Part shown: piece by piece, positions 1 to 8,380 of the stretch
Layout of the letters: each line of letters starts with the position of its first letter
How positions within the stretch are numbered: position 1 is the first letter of the stretch
NCBI GenBank assembly: GCA_003166335.1
Contig: PMWA01000098.1
Location: 1-15,924 of the forward strand
DNA length: 15,924 nucleotides
DNA from: Methanobacterium sp.
GTDB taxonomy: Archaea > Methanobacteriota > Methanobacteria > Methanobacteriales > Methanobacteriaceae
Reading direction: 5' to 3'
Notes under the pieces: generated by a model
Told to the model about the DNA's origin: nothing
Seen by the model: only the letters and a program-made list of their open reading frames with translations
The model's database searches: none
Translations under genes and position numbers: made by a program

Positions 1-499
1 AGCGAAAACACGATTAGAACAGATAGGTCTTAAACCTGAAATCTTGAATTCCTTATTTCCTAGTTTCCCTGATACAAAAGTTAAAGAATATGCAGAACCT
101 ATTTTTGAAGCGCTGGATCTTCCAATGTATTTATTAAATCGCCGATCCTATGAACTTTCTGGTGGACAGAAAGTTAGAGCCACTTTAGCTTTAGTTTTAG
201 CCTCTCAACCAGATGTATTGATATTGGATGAACCCTTCGGGGATTTGGATCCTATTACTCTTAGAATGGTTTCAAATTCATTAAAGAGGATAAATAAAAA
301 ATTTAACTCCACTATTTTGATGGTTAGCCATCATATAGACTTTATTGAGGAAGTCACCACCAGAGCTATAATGATAGAGGATGGAAAACTGGTGATGGAA
401 GGTGAACCCCATGAATTATGCCATGAGTTTATTAAACGATGCAAAGCTGATTATCTTAAAGATTTAGATGATTTAAGACTGTTGATGGTGGGTGCTTAA
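1..499 (+). CDS. ABC ATPase, C-terminal part (5' truncated by window); resembles methyl-CoM reductase component A2 (AtwA)-like paralogues
   Basis: Frame is open from base 2 (AKTRLEQIGLKPEILNSLFP...), so the track's TTG at 44 is not the true start. Signature LSGGQ, Walker B LILDEP, H-loop SHH. No permease gene follows. The A2-like assignment is from family resemblance only. Confidence 0.8.
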   Translation, partial: AKTRLEQIGLKPEILNSLFPSFPDTKVKEYAEPIFEALDLPMYLLNRRSYELSGGQKVRATLALVLASQPDVLILDEPFGDLDPITLRMVSNSLKRINKKFNSTILMVSHHIDFIEEVTTRAIMIEDGKLVMEGEPHELCHEFIKRCKADYLKDLDDLRLLMVGA

Positions 500-527
500 A
501 CTATATTTCAAAAGGGATGATTTATAA

Positions 528-923
528 ATGTTTAAAACAATAATTGTACCTACAGATGGTTCTAAATTTGCTGAAAAAGCAGAAGATGTGGCTATTTCTA
601 TTGCGAAAAATTTTAATGGGAAATTAGTTGTTTTACATGTTATAGATGAGAAATTAATTTATCCTTTTGAGGTTCTAGAGGATGAAGGTAAAAATATTTT
701 AAAGAACGCATCTAAAAAAGCAGAAGAACAGGGTATAACAGCTGACACCGTTTTAATAGTAGGTGATCCTACCCATGATATGTCTAAAATAGTAGAAAAG
801 ACAGGCGCAGATCTAGTGGTAATAGGAACCCATGGTAAAACAGGATTAGAGAAGTTTTTAATGGGTAGTGTGGCGGAAAACGTCACAAAAACTGTGGAAG
901 TTCCTGTTTTACTGGTTAAATGA
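528..923 (+). CDS. Universal stress protein (UspA family, ATP-binding type)
   Basis: N-terminal IIVPTDGS, G-x2-G-x9-GS motif (GTHGKTGLEKFLMGSV), C-terminal PVLLV; SD-like GGGATG upstream. Confidence 0.95.
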   Translation: MFKTIIVPTDGSKFAEKAEDVAISIAKNFNGKLVVLHVIDEKLIYPFEVLEDEGKNILKNASKKAEEQGITADTVLIVGDPTHDMSKIVEKTGADLVVIGTHGKTGLEKFLMGSVAENVTKTVEVPVLLVK

Positions 924-1180
924 AAAATCAATTATTTTATTATTTAGTCTGAATTATTGCCAAAAAGTGACAATTTAATTATATCTATCTTTTTTTATTC
1001 CCATTAAATTAGTTTCCACTAGGGATGTAGAATAAAACCCTTTTATTAACTTTTCACATTTAGGTGTCCATAAACTTAATCCCATTCATTTAATGCTTTA
1101 ATATTTCATTTAAGTTTATTTTAAGAGTAATTAATACGTAAATTTTATTTAATCCTATTTTTTTTAGGTTTTTCCTTAAG

Positions 1181-1250
1181 AGAACGAATAATAAGTTCTG
1201 ATATTTGATTAACTACCAAATTATAAATATCATAAAATCTATATATATTA
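1181..1250 (+). promoter_or_regulatory. Candidate promoter of the rubredoxin cluster
   Basis: TATA-like TTATAAATA (1221-1229) and TATATATATTA (1240-1250) upstream of SD GGGTGA (1271-1276); inverted repeat AGAAC-N9-GTTCT at 1181-1199. Confidence 0.4.
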
Positions 1251-1282
1251 AATGTGGTTGGATTAATGAAGGGTGATTTGAA

Positions 1283-1441
1283 ATGAAAAAATATAAATGT
1301 AAAGTATGTGGTTATATCTACGATCCTGAAGCTGGTGAACCGAGAAACAACACTGAACCAGGCACTTCCTTTGAAAATCTTCCCAATAATTGGTTCTGTC
1401 CCCATTGCGGTGCTGGTTTAAATCGTTTTAGAGCTCTTTAA
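1283..1441 (+). CDS. Rubredoxin 1 (52 aa; not in ORF track)
   Basis: Hand translation: [53 protein letters not shown]6xxC9G and W37xC39PxC42G motifs; SD GGGTGA. Confidence 0.96.
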   Translation: MKKYKCKVCGYIYDPEAGEPRNNTEPGTSFENLPNNWFCPHCGAGLNRFRAL

Positions 1442-1462
1442 TAATCCTTGGAGGTAATTTAA

Positions 1463-1624
1463 ATGGAGAAACGTAAATGTAATGTTTGTGGATACATATA
1501 TGATCCTAAAAAAGGTGAACCTGAAACTGGTACCGAACCAGGGACAGTCTTTGAGGATCTGCCTAATAAATGGATTTGCCCTAAATGTAAAGCTGGAAAA
1601 AACGAGTTCCAGAAATATATTTGA
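1463..1624 (+). CDS. Rubredoxin 2 (53 aa; not in ORF track)
   Basis: Hand translation: [53 protein letters not shown]. Two CxxC motifs at canonical spacing; SD GGAGGT at 1450-1455. Confidence 0.95.
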   Translation: MEKRKCNVCGYIYDPKKGEPETGTEPGTVFEDLPNKWICPKCKAGKNEFQKYI

Positions 1625-1709
1625 ATCTAAAATTTTTTTTTAAATTAATTTCAAAATTAGATTTATGTTAAAAAAATTAATTAAATAAAAGTTTTGAGGA
1701 GGATAATAA

Positions 1710-1871
1710 ATGGATAAATATCTATGTTTAGCTTGCGGATACATCTACAACCCAGAAGAAGGCGATCCGGCTAGTGGAATTGAACCTGGAACAGCATTTG
1801 AAGATTTACCTGATGATTGGGTTTGCCCTCTCTGTGGAGTTGGAAAATCCATGTTTGAGAAGATGGAGTAA
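1710..1871 (+). CDS. Rubredoxin 3 (53 aa, canonical acidic type; not in ORF track)
   Basis: Hand translation: [62 protein letters not shown] upstream. Confidence 0.97.
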   Translation: MDKYLCLACGYIYNPEEGDPASGIEPGTAFEDLPDDWVCPLCGVGKSMFEKME

Positions 1872-1939
1872 ATTAAAACTTTTTTTTATTTTAAACTTTC
1901 TAGGGAATAATAGTTTTGAAAAATGGGGGTTCAAATTAA

Positions 1940-2452
1940 ATGCTTAAAGAAAAAATGGTAGAATCATTGAATACTCAAATGAATGCTGAACTTTACTCTG
2001 CTTACTTATATCTATCCATGGAGGCTTACTTCGAGGCAAATGACTTAAGTGGTTTTGCTAATTGGATGAGGGTACAGGCTCAGGAGGAAATGACACACGC
2101 TATGAAATTCTATGATTATCTTGTGCAGAGGGGAGCTAGAGTGATCTTAACTGAGATAAAATCCCCACCAACTGAATGGGATTCACCAAAGGCTACTTTT
2201 GAACATGTATATGAACATGAACAGATGGTTACTGGTCTTATAGATAAATTAGTTGATTTGGCTATTTCTTTAAGTGATCATGCCACTAACAATTTCTTAC
2301 AGTGGTATGTAGCTGAACAAGTCGAGGAAGAGGAATCAAGTAGTGGAGTACTTCAGAAAGTTAAATTAGCCGGAGACAGCACCAGTGGATTGCTAATGCT
2401 TGATCAGGAATTAGCTCAGAGAGTTTTCACTCCACCCCTGACAACAAAATAA
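1940..2452 (+). CDS. ftnA: Non-heme ferritin
   Basis: [28 protein letters not shown] and [13 protein letters not shown] ferroxidase-centre motifs; 170 aa. Confidence 0.96.
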   Translation: MLKEKMVESLNTQMNAELYSAYLYLSMEAYFEANDLSGFANWMRVQAQEEMTHAMKFYDYLVQRGARVILTEIKSPPTEWDSPKATFEHVYEHEQMVTGLIDKLVDLAISLSDHATNNFLQWYVAEQVEEEESSSGVLQKVKLAGDSTSGLLMLDQELAQRVFTPPLTTK

Positions 2453-2462
2453 AAAAATTCTA

Positions 2463-2470
2463 TTTTTTTT
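2463..2470 (+). terminator. Oligo-T terminator candidate after ferritin
   Basis: T8 tract about 10 nt after the stop; archaeal intrinsic termination uses oligo-T. Confidence 0.5.
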
Positions 2471-2769
2471 ATTTATCTTTTGAGTTAAAAAAAATTGTTT
2501 AGAGAATATTTAATACTTTTTTAAGGATATAATATTATGAGATAAGGTTTTTTTTCATTATTATTACTTCATTGTTAAAGTTAAATTTTTTTTTATAATT
2601 TAAGGAGCAGAATATAAAGTTCAAATTATTTTTTTTAAAACTTTGATTTTATTATTCATAATTTTTTTAACTTTAAATAATACTATATTTTAAAACTGTT
2701 TATTTGAAAATTTATAATCTATCATTATTAAAAACGAATTTAAGACAATATTGCGTAAAATTTTTTCAA

Positions 2770-2804
2770 AAAATGTAACATTTTAACGAATAATCGGATT
2801 ATTC
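2770..2804. promoter_or_regulatory. Two adjacent perfect inverted repeats, putative operator upstream of prx-sod
   Basis: AAAATGT-A-ACATTTT (2770-2784) and GAATAATC-G-GATTATTC (2788-2804). Confidence 0.45.
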
Positions 2805-2874
2805 TTTAGAAATTTAGTTATAATTACAATATAGACTATTTTTTGTTTAAAAACGAAATAATTAAATAAAAAAT

Positions 2875-2890
2875 AGAGCAAATATATAAA
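2875..2890 (+). promoter_or_regulatory. BRE/TATA candidate for prx-sod
   Basis: Purine-rich AGAGCA followed by AATATATAAA (2881-2890), about 20-25 nt before a G-rich SD-like tract (2910-2916). Confidence 0.5.
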
Positions 2891-2966
2891 TGTTAGAATA
2901 TTAACCCAAGGGGGGATAACTATAGGAGAAAAAATATACGAATTAAAACGTATTAAGAAGGAAGGA

Positions 2967-3608
2967 ATGGGAATGCCACTTATAGGTGACAAATTCCCAA
3001 AATTAGAAGTTCAAACCACTCAGGGAATGATAAAACTACCTAAAGACTTTAAAGATAGTTGGTTCGTTCTATTCAGTCATCCAGCTGATTTCACACCAGT
3101 ATGTACCACTGAATTCATTGCTTTCCAATTAAGAATAGATATGTTCGATGATATGAACTGTGAATTAATAGGATTATCAGAAGATCAGGTTTTCTCACAC
3201 TTAAAATGGATTGAATGGATATCTGAAAACTTTGATGTTGATATTGAATTCCCTGTAATCGCAGACACTGGTGCAGTAGCGAAAAGATTAGGCTTAATAC
3301 ATCCCGCCAAAGGAACAAACACCGTTCGATCAGTGTTTATCGTTGATCCAAATGGGATAATTAGAGCTATAATTTACTATCCACAAGAACTTGGAAGAAA
3401 CATTGACGAAATATTAAGGGCCGTAGAAGGTTTACAGACTGCTGATGATAAGGAAGTAGCTATGCCTGCCAACTGGCCATGCAATGAAATCATAGGCAAA
3501 GGACTCATTATACCCGCCGCTGCAGATATAGAAACAGCTGTTGAAAGACCATTAAAATATAAGTGTTTTGACTGGTGGTTGTGTTACAGAAACTATTACA
3601 AGTGGTAA
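2967..3608 (+). CDS. Peroxiredoxin (archaeal Prx6-type with C-terminal CxDWWxC); true start uncertain (2922 ATA, 2967 or 2973 ATG)
   Basis: [14 protein letters not shown] peroxidatic motif, [12 protein letters not shown] and CFDWWLC tail. Confidence 0.96.
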   Translation: MGMPLIGDKFPKLEVQTTQGMIKLPKDFKDSWFVLFSHPADFTPVCTTEFIAFQLRIDMFDDMNCELIGLSEDQVFSHLKWIEWISENFDVDIEFPVIADTGAVAKRLGLIHPAKGTNTVRSVFIVDPNGIIRAIIYYPQELGRNIDEILRAVEGLQTADDKEVAMPANWPCNEIIGKGLIIPAAADIETAVERPLKYKCFDWWLCYRNYYKW

Positions 3609-3624
3609 GGAGGTGAATTGAAAA

Positions 3625-4242
3625 ATGAAATCTAAATTTTATGAATTACCAGCATTATCTTATGATTACAAAGCTTTAGAACCATATATTTCAGAGGAAC
3701 AGCTCCGTATACACCATGATAAACATCATCAAGCGTATGTTGACGGTGCCAATGCACTTCTTAAGAAATTTGACGCCAGAAAATCCGGTGAAACATTCGA
3801 TGCTAAAGCTGCAGCTAAAGAATTATCCTTCCATGTAGGTGGATATTTACTGCATACTTTATTCTGGAAGAATATGGGCTCCCCGGATAAGTGCGGTGGC
3901 GAACCAGACGGTTTAATTGCAGAGTACATTGAAAAGGATTTTGGAAGTTTTGAAAACTTTAAAAAAGAATATTCTCAGGTCGCCATAAGTACTGAAGGCA
4001 GTGGATGGGCTGCGCTGTCGCTATGTAGAAACACTAACCGTATATTCATCCAGCAAATCGAAAAGCATAATGTGAATAGTATTCCTAGTCACAGGATTAT
4101 GATGGTTTTGGATGTATGGGAACACGCCTATTACATAGACTATAAAAATGTGCGTCCTGAATATGTGGAAGCTTTCTGGAATTTAGTGAATTGGGATGAA
4201 ATTAACCGTAGAATAAAGGTATGGCTGGACTCACCACTATAA
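3625..4242 (+). CDS. sod: Fe/Mn superoxide dismutase (archaeal type, probably Fe)
   Basis: LEPYIS...[33 protein letters not shown] at 3609-3616; 16 nt after the prx stop, so probably co-transcribed. Confidence 0.97.
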   Translation: MKSKFYELPALSYDYKALEPYISEEQLRIHHDKHHQAYVDGANALLKKFDARKSGETFDAKAAAKELSFHVGGYLLHTLFWKNMGSPDKCGGEPDGLIAEYIEKDFGSFENFKKEYSQVAISTEGSGWAALSLCRNTNRIFIQQIEKHNVNSIPSHRIMMVLDVWEHAYYIDYKNVRPEYVEAFWNLVNWDEINRRIKVWLDSPL

Positions 4243-4260
4243 TACACATCCCTATTCTAA

Positions 4261-4270
4261 TTTTTTTTTT
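4261..4270 (+). terminator. Oligo-T terminator after sod
   Basis: T10 tract about 18 nt after the stop, with further T tracts downstream. Confidence 0.55.
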
Positions 4271-4482
4271 AGGATAATTGATACTTTTTTTTTAAATTTT
4301 ATTAAATTTTTTTTTTAAAAATTAAAAATAATTTTTTTTGTCATCATTCAACTTCTAAATCTAATTACATAAAACCAGATTTTAATAAGTCAATCTTTTT
4401 AAGCTAGTAATAATCAACTAAATAACGTATTTTCATTATAAAGGTTTAATCTTAAATTCAATTTTTTAATGGACAGGTTACA

Positions 4483-5781
4483 ATGATCTGGAATAGAAAA
4501 GCAGAATGTATGTCTGCAGAGGAAAAAGAGGAATTACAACTTAGAAGACTACAAGAAGTTGTGAAACTAGCCTATGAAAATGTTAATTATTATAAAAAGC
4601 GATTTAAAGATCTAAATGTGCATCCAGATGATATTGAAACACTGGATGACCTAAAAAAACTACCATTCACTACTAAAACAGATCTGAGAGATGCTTACCC
4701 ATTTGGAATGTTTGCAGTTCCCCGAGATGAAATAGTAGAAGTGCACACTACTTCAGGTACCACTGGAAAACCCACAGTATCTGGTTACACTCAAAAAGAT
4801 CTGGATATATGGGGTGAAGTGATGGCTCGTACATTAACTATGGCAGGTGCAAGTAAGAAAGATTTAATCCAGAATTGTTATGGTTATGGTCTTTTCACAG
4901 GTGGACTGGGTGTTCACTACGGAGCTCAGAAAATTGGTGCTACTGTGATTCCCATATCTGCTGGCAACACTCAAAGGCAGATTCAGATTATGCAAGATTT
5001 TGGATCCACCATTCTAACCTGTACACCTTCTTATGCACTTTATTTATCTGAAGTGCTTCAAAATCAGGGTGTGGAGCCTGAAGAGATAAGTTTAAAATCA
5101 GGAGTTTTTGGAGCGGAGATGTGGACTGAGGAAATGAGAGAAGAAATCGAAAATAGATTTAATATCTCCGCTCTTAACGTTTATGGTTTGACTGAGATAA
5201 TTGGACCCGGAGTAGCTCAAGAGTGTACTAAAAAGAGTGGATTGCATATATTTGATGATCATTTTTATCCAGAAATCATTGATCCTGAAAACTTGAAAAC
5301 TTTACCTCATGGTGAGAAAGGGGAGCTGGTGTTAACCACACTCACCCGTGAAGGTATGCCAATTATACGATTCCGTACCCGGGATATAACTACGTTAAGA
5401 CAGGAAAAATGTGAATGTGGAAGAACTCATATTAAGATGGATCGTATAACTGGCCGTAGCGATGACATGTTGAAGATCAGGGGAGTTATCGTATTCCCTT
5501 CCCAGATAGAGCGAGCTATTCTTAATATTAAGGGATTGGAACCACATTATCAAATAATAGTAACTCAGCCCCATCATTTGGATGAGTTAGAAGTGCAGGT
5601 TGAAGCTTCTAACATTCTATTCTCTGATGAAGTTAAACATATTGAAGATGTTAAAAAGAATATAGAAGATCATATACATGATGAAATAGGATTAAGGGTG
5701 AATGTAACTCTGGTTGAACCTCAAAGTCTTCCTAGGAGTAATGGAAAGGCTGTAAGGGTTATTGATCGCAGAAATCTTTGA
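4483..5781 (+). CDS. paaK: Phenylacetate-CoA ligase family adenylate-forming enzyme (PaaK / 'F390 synthetase-like')
   Basis: LPFTTK, P-loop [37 protein letters not shown]-terminal GKAVRVID. Confidence 0.9.
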   Translation: MIWNRKAECMSAEEKEELQLRRLQEVVKLAYENVNYYKKRFKDLNVHPDDIETLDDLKKLPFTTKTDLRDAYPFGMFAVPRDEIVEVHTTSGTTGKPTVSGYTQKDLDIWGEVMARTLTMAGASKKDLIQNCYGYGLFTGGLGVHYGAQKIGATVIPISAGNTQRQIQIMQDFGSTILTCTPSYALYLSEVLQNQGVEPEEISLKSGVFGAEMWTEEMREEIENRFNISALNVYGLTEIIGPGVAQECTKKSGLHIFDDHFYPEIIDPENLKTLPHGEKGELVLTTLTREGMPIIRFRTRDITTLRQEKCECGRTHIKMDRITGRSDDMLKIRGVIVFPSQIERAILNIKGLEPHYQIIVTQPHHLDELEVQVEASNILFSDEVKHIEDVKKNIEDHIHDEIGLRVNVTLVEPQSLPRSNGKAVRVIDRRNL

Positions 5782-5844
5782 TAAATTTTTTTTTGGTTAA
5801 AAATATTTTTCTTGAATTTATTAAGTTTAGGAGTGTTAAAAAAA

Positions 5845-6276
5845 ATGAAGTTGAAACAGATATCTGTATTCTTGGAGAATAGGAAGGGTAGATTATGGAA
5901 GGCGTTAAATGTACTTTCAGAGGCTAAAATTAATATTAGGGCTCTCTCTATTGCAGATACATCTGAATTTGGTATTTTACGTATGATCGTTCCCCAACCG
6001 AATAAAGCTATAAATATTTTGGAAGAGAATAATTTCGTGGTTAAAATCAATGATGTGATAGCTGTGGCAGTTCCTGACGAGCCAGGCGGACTTGATAGAA
6101 TTTTAGGAATTTTAAATAAATCTGATATAAATGTGGAATATTTATATGCATTTGTAGAAAAAAAAGGAGAACAAGCCATGGTTGTTCTGAAAACTGAGGA
6201 TATTGATGCAGGTATAAAAGAACTTAAAGATGGGAATATTACAATACTTTCCACTGAAGAAATATATAACTTGTAA
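5845..6276 (+). CDS. Tandem ACT-domain protein (143 aa), usual partner of paaK
   Basis: [43 protein letters not shown]. Start moved from TTG 5812 to ATG 5845, which follows GGAG (5830-5833). Confidence 0.92.
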   Translation: MKLKQISVFLENRKGRLWKALNVLSEAKINIRALSIADTSEFGILRMIVPQPNKAINILEENNFVVKINDVIAVAVPDEPGGLDRILGILNKSDINVEYLYAFVEKKGEQAMVVLKTEDIDAGIKELKDGNITILSTEEIYNL

Positions 6277-6281
6277 AATAC

Positions 6282-6296
6282 TTTTTATTTTTTTTT
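6282..6296 (+). terminator. Oligo-T terminator between convergent genes
   Basis: TTTTTATTTTTTTTT directly after the ACT gene stop, in a 32-nt convergent gap. Confidence 0.55.
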
Positions 6297-6308
6297 ATAT
6301 TATAGGTA

Positions 6309-6779
6309 TTAAATCTTATCCAGATACTTTTTTTTAATTATATCAAACTCTTCCTGTGTTATAGCTCCCATATCTAGAAGTTCTTTAGCTTTTTTAATCC
6401 GTTCCACTGGATCCGCATCATATTCTTCATTTGTGGCCTTTACCGTTTTTGCTTCAGGAGTTTTATTTATTGATTTTATCTCTGGTTTTCCTGTTATTCC
6501 AAAATCATCTGGCCGGCTGTTTATCCTGAAATCTTTAGATTTTTCTATTTTTAGAGGTTCCTCTGTTTCCGCAGCTTCTTTTATAGGTTTATAAGGCGTA
6601 CTCTCCAGTTTTTCTCCACATCCCACACAATATTTAGCAGTTGGAGGGTTCTCTGTTTCACAGGATGGACAGGTTTGTCCCTTCTTTTCCACTATACTTT
6701 CTAGTTCTCTGCTAGTTTTAGGGTTAATTCCCTTTCTTTTTGCTTCCAATCTTCTATTTATCTCTTCACTTGAAACCAT
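6309..6779 (-). CDS. Zinc-ribbon + SHOCT-domain protein (156 aa; alternative start 6812)
   Basis: CPSC-x10-CVGCG ribbon; C-terminal DPVERIKKAKELLDMGAITQEEFDIIKKKYL fits the SHOCT pattern. ATG 6779 follows SD GGAAGGT; ATG 6812 overlaps the thiD stop (ATGA). Confidence 0.85.
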   Translation of the reverse strand: MVSSEEINRRLEAKRKGINPKTSRELESIVEKKGQTCPSCETENPPTAKYCVGCGEKLESTPYKPIKEAAETEEPLKIEKSKDFRINSRPDDFGITGKPEIKSINKTPEAKTVKATNEEYDADPVERIKKAKELLDMGAITQEEFDIIKKKYLDKI

Positions 6780-6808
6780 AAGAACTACCTTCCTATTATA
6801 GTTATTAA

Positions 6809-7576
6809 TCATGATTTTTCTATTTTACATTTATTTAATTTCCAGAATTGATTTAATGTACCTTTAAATCCATGTTTAATGCTGTTTCTAGTAAAATCAC
6901 CAGCTTTAATTAAAGCTTCCATTAAGTTACAGCCTTTATATAGATAGGCGGTAGCAGCTGCAGAATATGTGCATCCGCTTCCATGAGTATTCTGACTTTC
7001 CACTAGTTCACCCCTTAAAATATGAATATTACCGTCATAAAACACGTCATTACCTTTAAGATGTCCTCCAGTAACTACTACATTACATAATTCTCCTATT
7101 TTATGAGCGGCTTCCATTGCATCTGATTCATCATTTATAGCTATTCCAGTGAGGATCTCAGCCTCTAAGATGTTGGGTGTTGTTAACTTCGCTAAAGGTA
7201 GTAAATATTTTTTAAAAGAATTTACAATATCCTTTTTAGATAATAATCCTCCTGTTCCGGCAGCCATCACCGGATCTACCACAATATTTAATTGATACTC
7301 TTCCACCTTTCTTGCTACAGTTTTAATGATATTAGAAGAGTAAAGTACACCTGTTTTAGCATATAATACATTTTCTTCCTCTAAAACAGTATCTATTTGT
7401 TTTTCAATGAATTCACTATTTACTGGAATAATATCCTCTAATCTTTTGACATTTTGTGCAGTTAAAGCAGTTATAACGCCAGTTCCATAAACGTTTAAGG
7501 CTTGGAACGTTTTAATATCGTTAAGAACCCCCGCACCGCCGGAAGGGTCAAATCCTGCTATGCTCATGATCGTCAT
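6809..7576 (-). CDS. thiD: Hydroxymethylpyrimidine/phosphomethylpyrimidine kinase (no ThiN fusion)
   Basis: SIAGFDPSGGAG, TALTAQN, VVDPVM, TPNILEA, THGSGCTYS anion-hole motif. Confidence 0.92.
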   Translation of the reverse strand: MTIMSIAGFDPSGGAGVLNDIKTFQALNVYGTGVITALTAQNVKRLEDIIPVNSEFIEKQIDTVLEEENVLYAKTGVLYSSNIIKTVARKVEEYQLNIVVDPVMAAGTGGLLSKKDIVNSFKKYLLPLAKLTTPNILEAEILTGIAINDESDAMEAAHKIGELCNVVVTGGHLKGNDVFYDGNIHILRGELVESQNTHGSGCTYSAAATAYLYKGCNLMEALIKAGDFTRNSIKHGFKGTLNQFWKLNKCKIEKS

Positions 7577-7582
7577 GATTAT

Positions 7583-8254
7583 TTAACCTTTTCTTGTCAC
7601 TCGCAGTCTCTCCACTCCATGATTAGAGTGCACTTTAAGCCCTAATTCTTTTAAATAATTCCTTGTTTCAGTTCCTTTTCCATGGAGTATTATCTCCCCC
7701 AAATCCTCTGCCGTATTGACGTCTAGAGAAAGGTAAAACGAATCATAGATGGACCAGGAAAACATGTTATTTTCAGCTTCTCTCAAATGTTCAAAGAAGC
7801 TACAGTCCCCGAATTTCATTTTCATTCCTTTAATAGGACATAGAAGAGCATTTGTTCCACCACCCTTTGCGGGAGCTATCACTACATCCCTGTCTTCCCC
7901 CCATTTTAACATCTCTTTTACATGATTCTCTTTAATTAAAGGTACATCGGATGGCATTATAAGCACTCGGGAACAATTATTAGAGCAGTAATCCATTGCC
8001 TGAGTTAAAGCACTATTTAAATCTTTATCACCTTCTTCTTCTAATGATAAGACATTTAAATCATTAACAAATCTTAGAACATCTTTATCAGAACTTATAA
8101 CTAATACAGTATCAACTGTCTTTTTTAAAATCTTTATTACATCTTTAAGCATGGATTTTAAAAGGTTACCACGCTCATTAGAAGTTAAAGTTGGCGACAA
8201 TCTTGTTTTAGCATGTGAAAATCGTGACACGGGAATTATGGCGAATGTTTTCAT
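7583..8254 (-). CDS. cofC: 2-phospho-L-lactate guanylyltransferase (coenzyme F420 biosynthesis)
   Basis: AIIPV...[42 protein letters not shown]. Confidence 0.93.
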   Translation of the reverse strand: MKTFAIIPVSRFSHAKTRLSPTLTSNERGNLLKSMLKDVIKILKKTVDTVLVISSDKDVLRFVNDLNVLSLEEEGDKDLNSALTQAMDYCSNNCSRVLIMPSDVPLIKENHVKEMLKWGEDRDVVIAPAKGGGTNALLCPIKGMKMKFGDCSFFEHLREAENNMFSWSIYDSFYLSLDVNTAEDLGEIILHGKGTETRNYLKELGLKVHSNHGVERLRVTRKG

Positions 8255-8380
8255 CTTAAAATATACCCCGGGTTTTTATATGAAATTATTTTATTTTTAC
8301 GAAATTTTTATGAATCAAATAAAATCTTTTTTTATATAATCAAATATTAAATTAATTCATTTTTATTCTATACATTTTTT

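Noticed and set aside
1060..1073. TTAGGTGTCCATAA resembling a DtxR/IdeR-type metal box
   Set aside because: Only the left half matches, symmetry is poor and it lies far from the likely TATA.
984..1085. Short minus-strand ORF MGLSLWTPKCEKLIKGFYSTSLVETNLMGIKKR
   Set aside because: 33 aa, no SD, no recognisable motif; expected by chance.
1145..1405. 86-aa minus-strand ORF
   Set aside because: Antisense shadow of rubredoxin 1 and its promoter; no recognisable motif.
1283..1871. Rubredoxin triplet as a recent DNA tandem repeat
   Set aside because: The copies differ extensively at nucleotide and protein level and the spacers are unrelated, indicating old paralogues.
2453..2727. Very AT-rich spacer (likewise 11957-12377) as origin, MITE or CRISPR leader
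   Set aside because: No ORB-like repeats or cdc6, no terminal inverted repeats with target duplication, no repeat-spacer array; similar to other spacers in the window.
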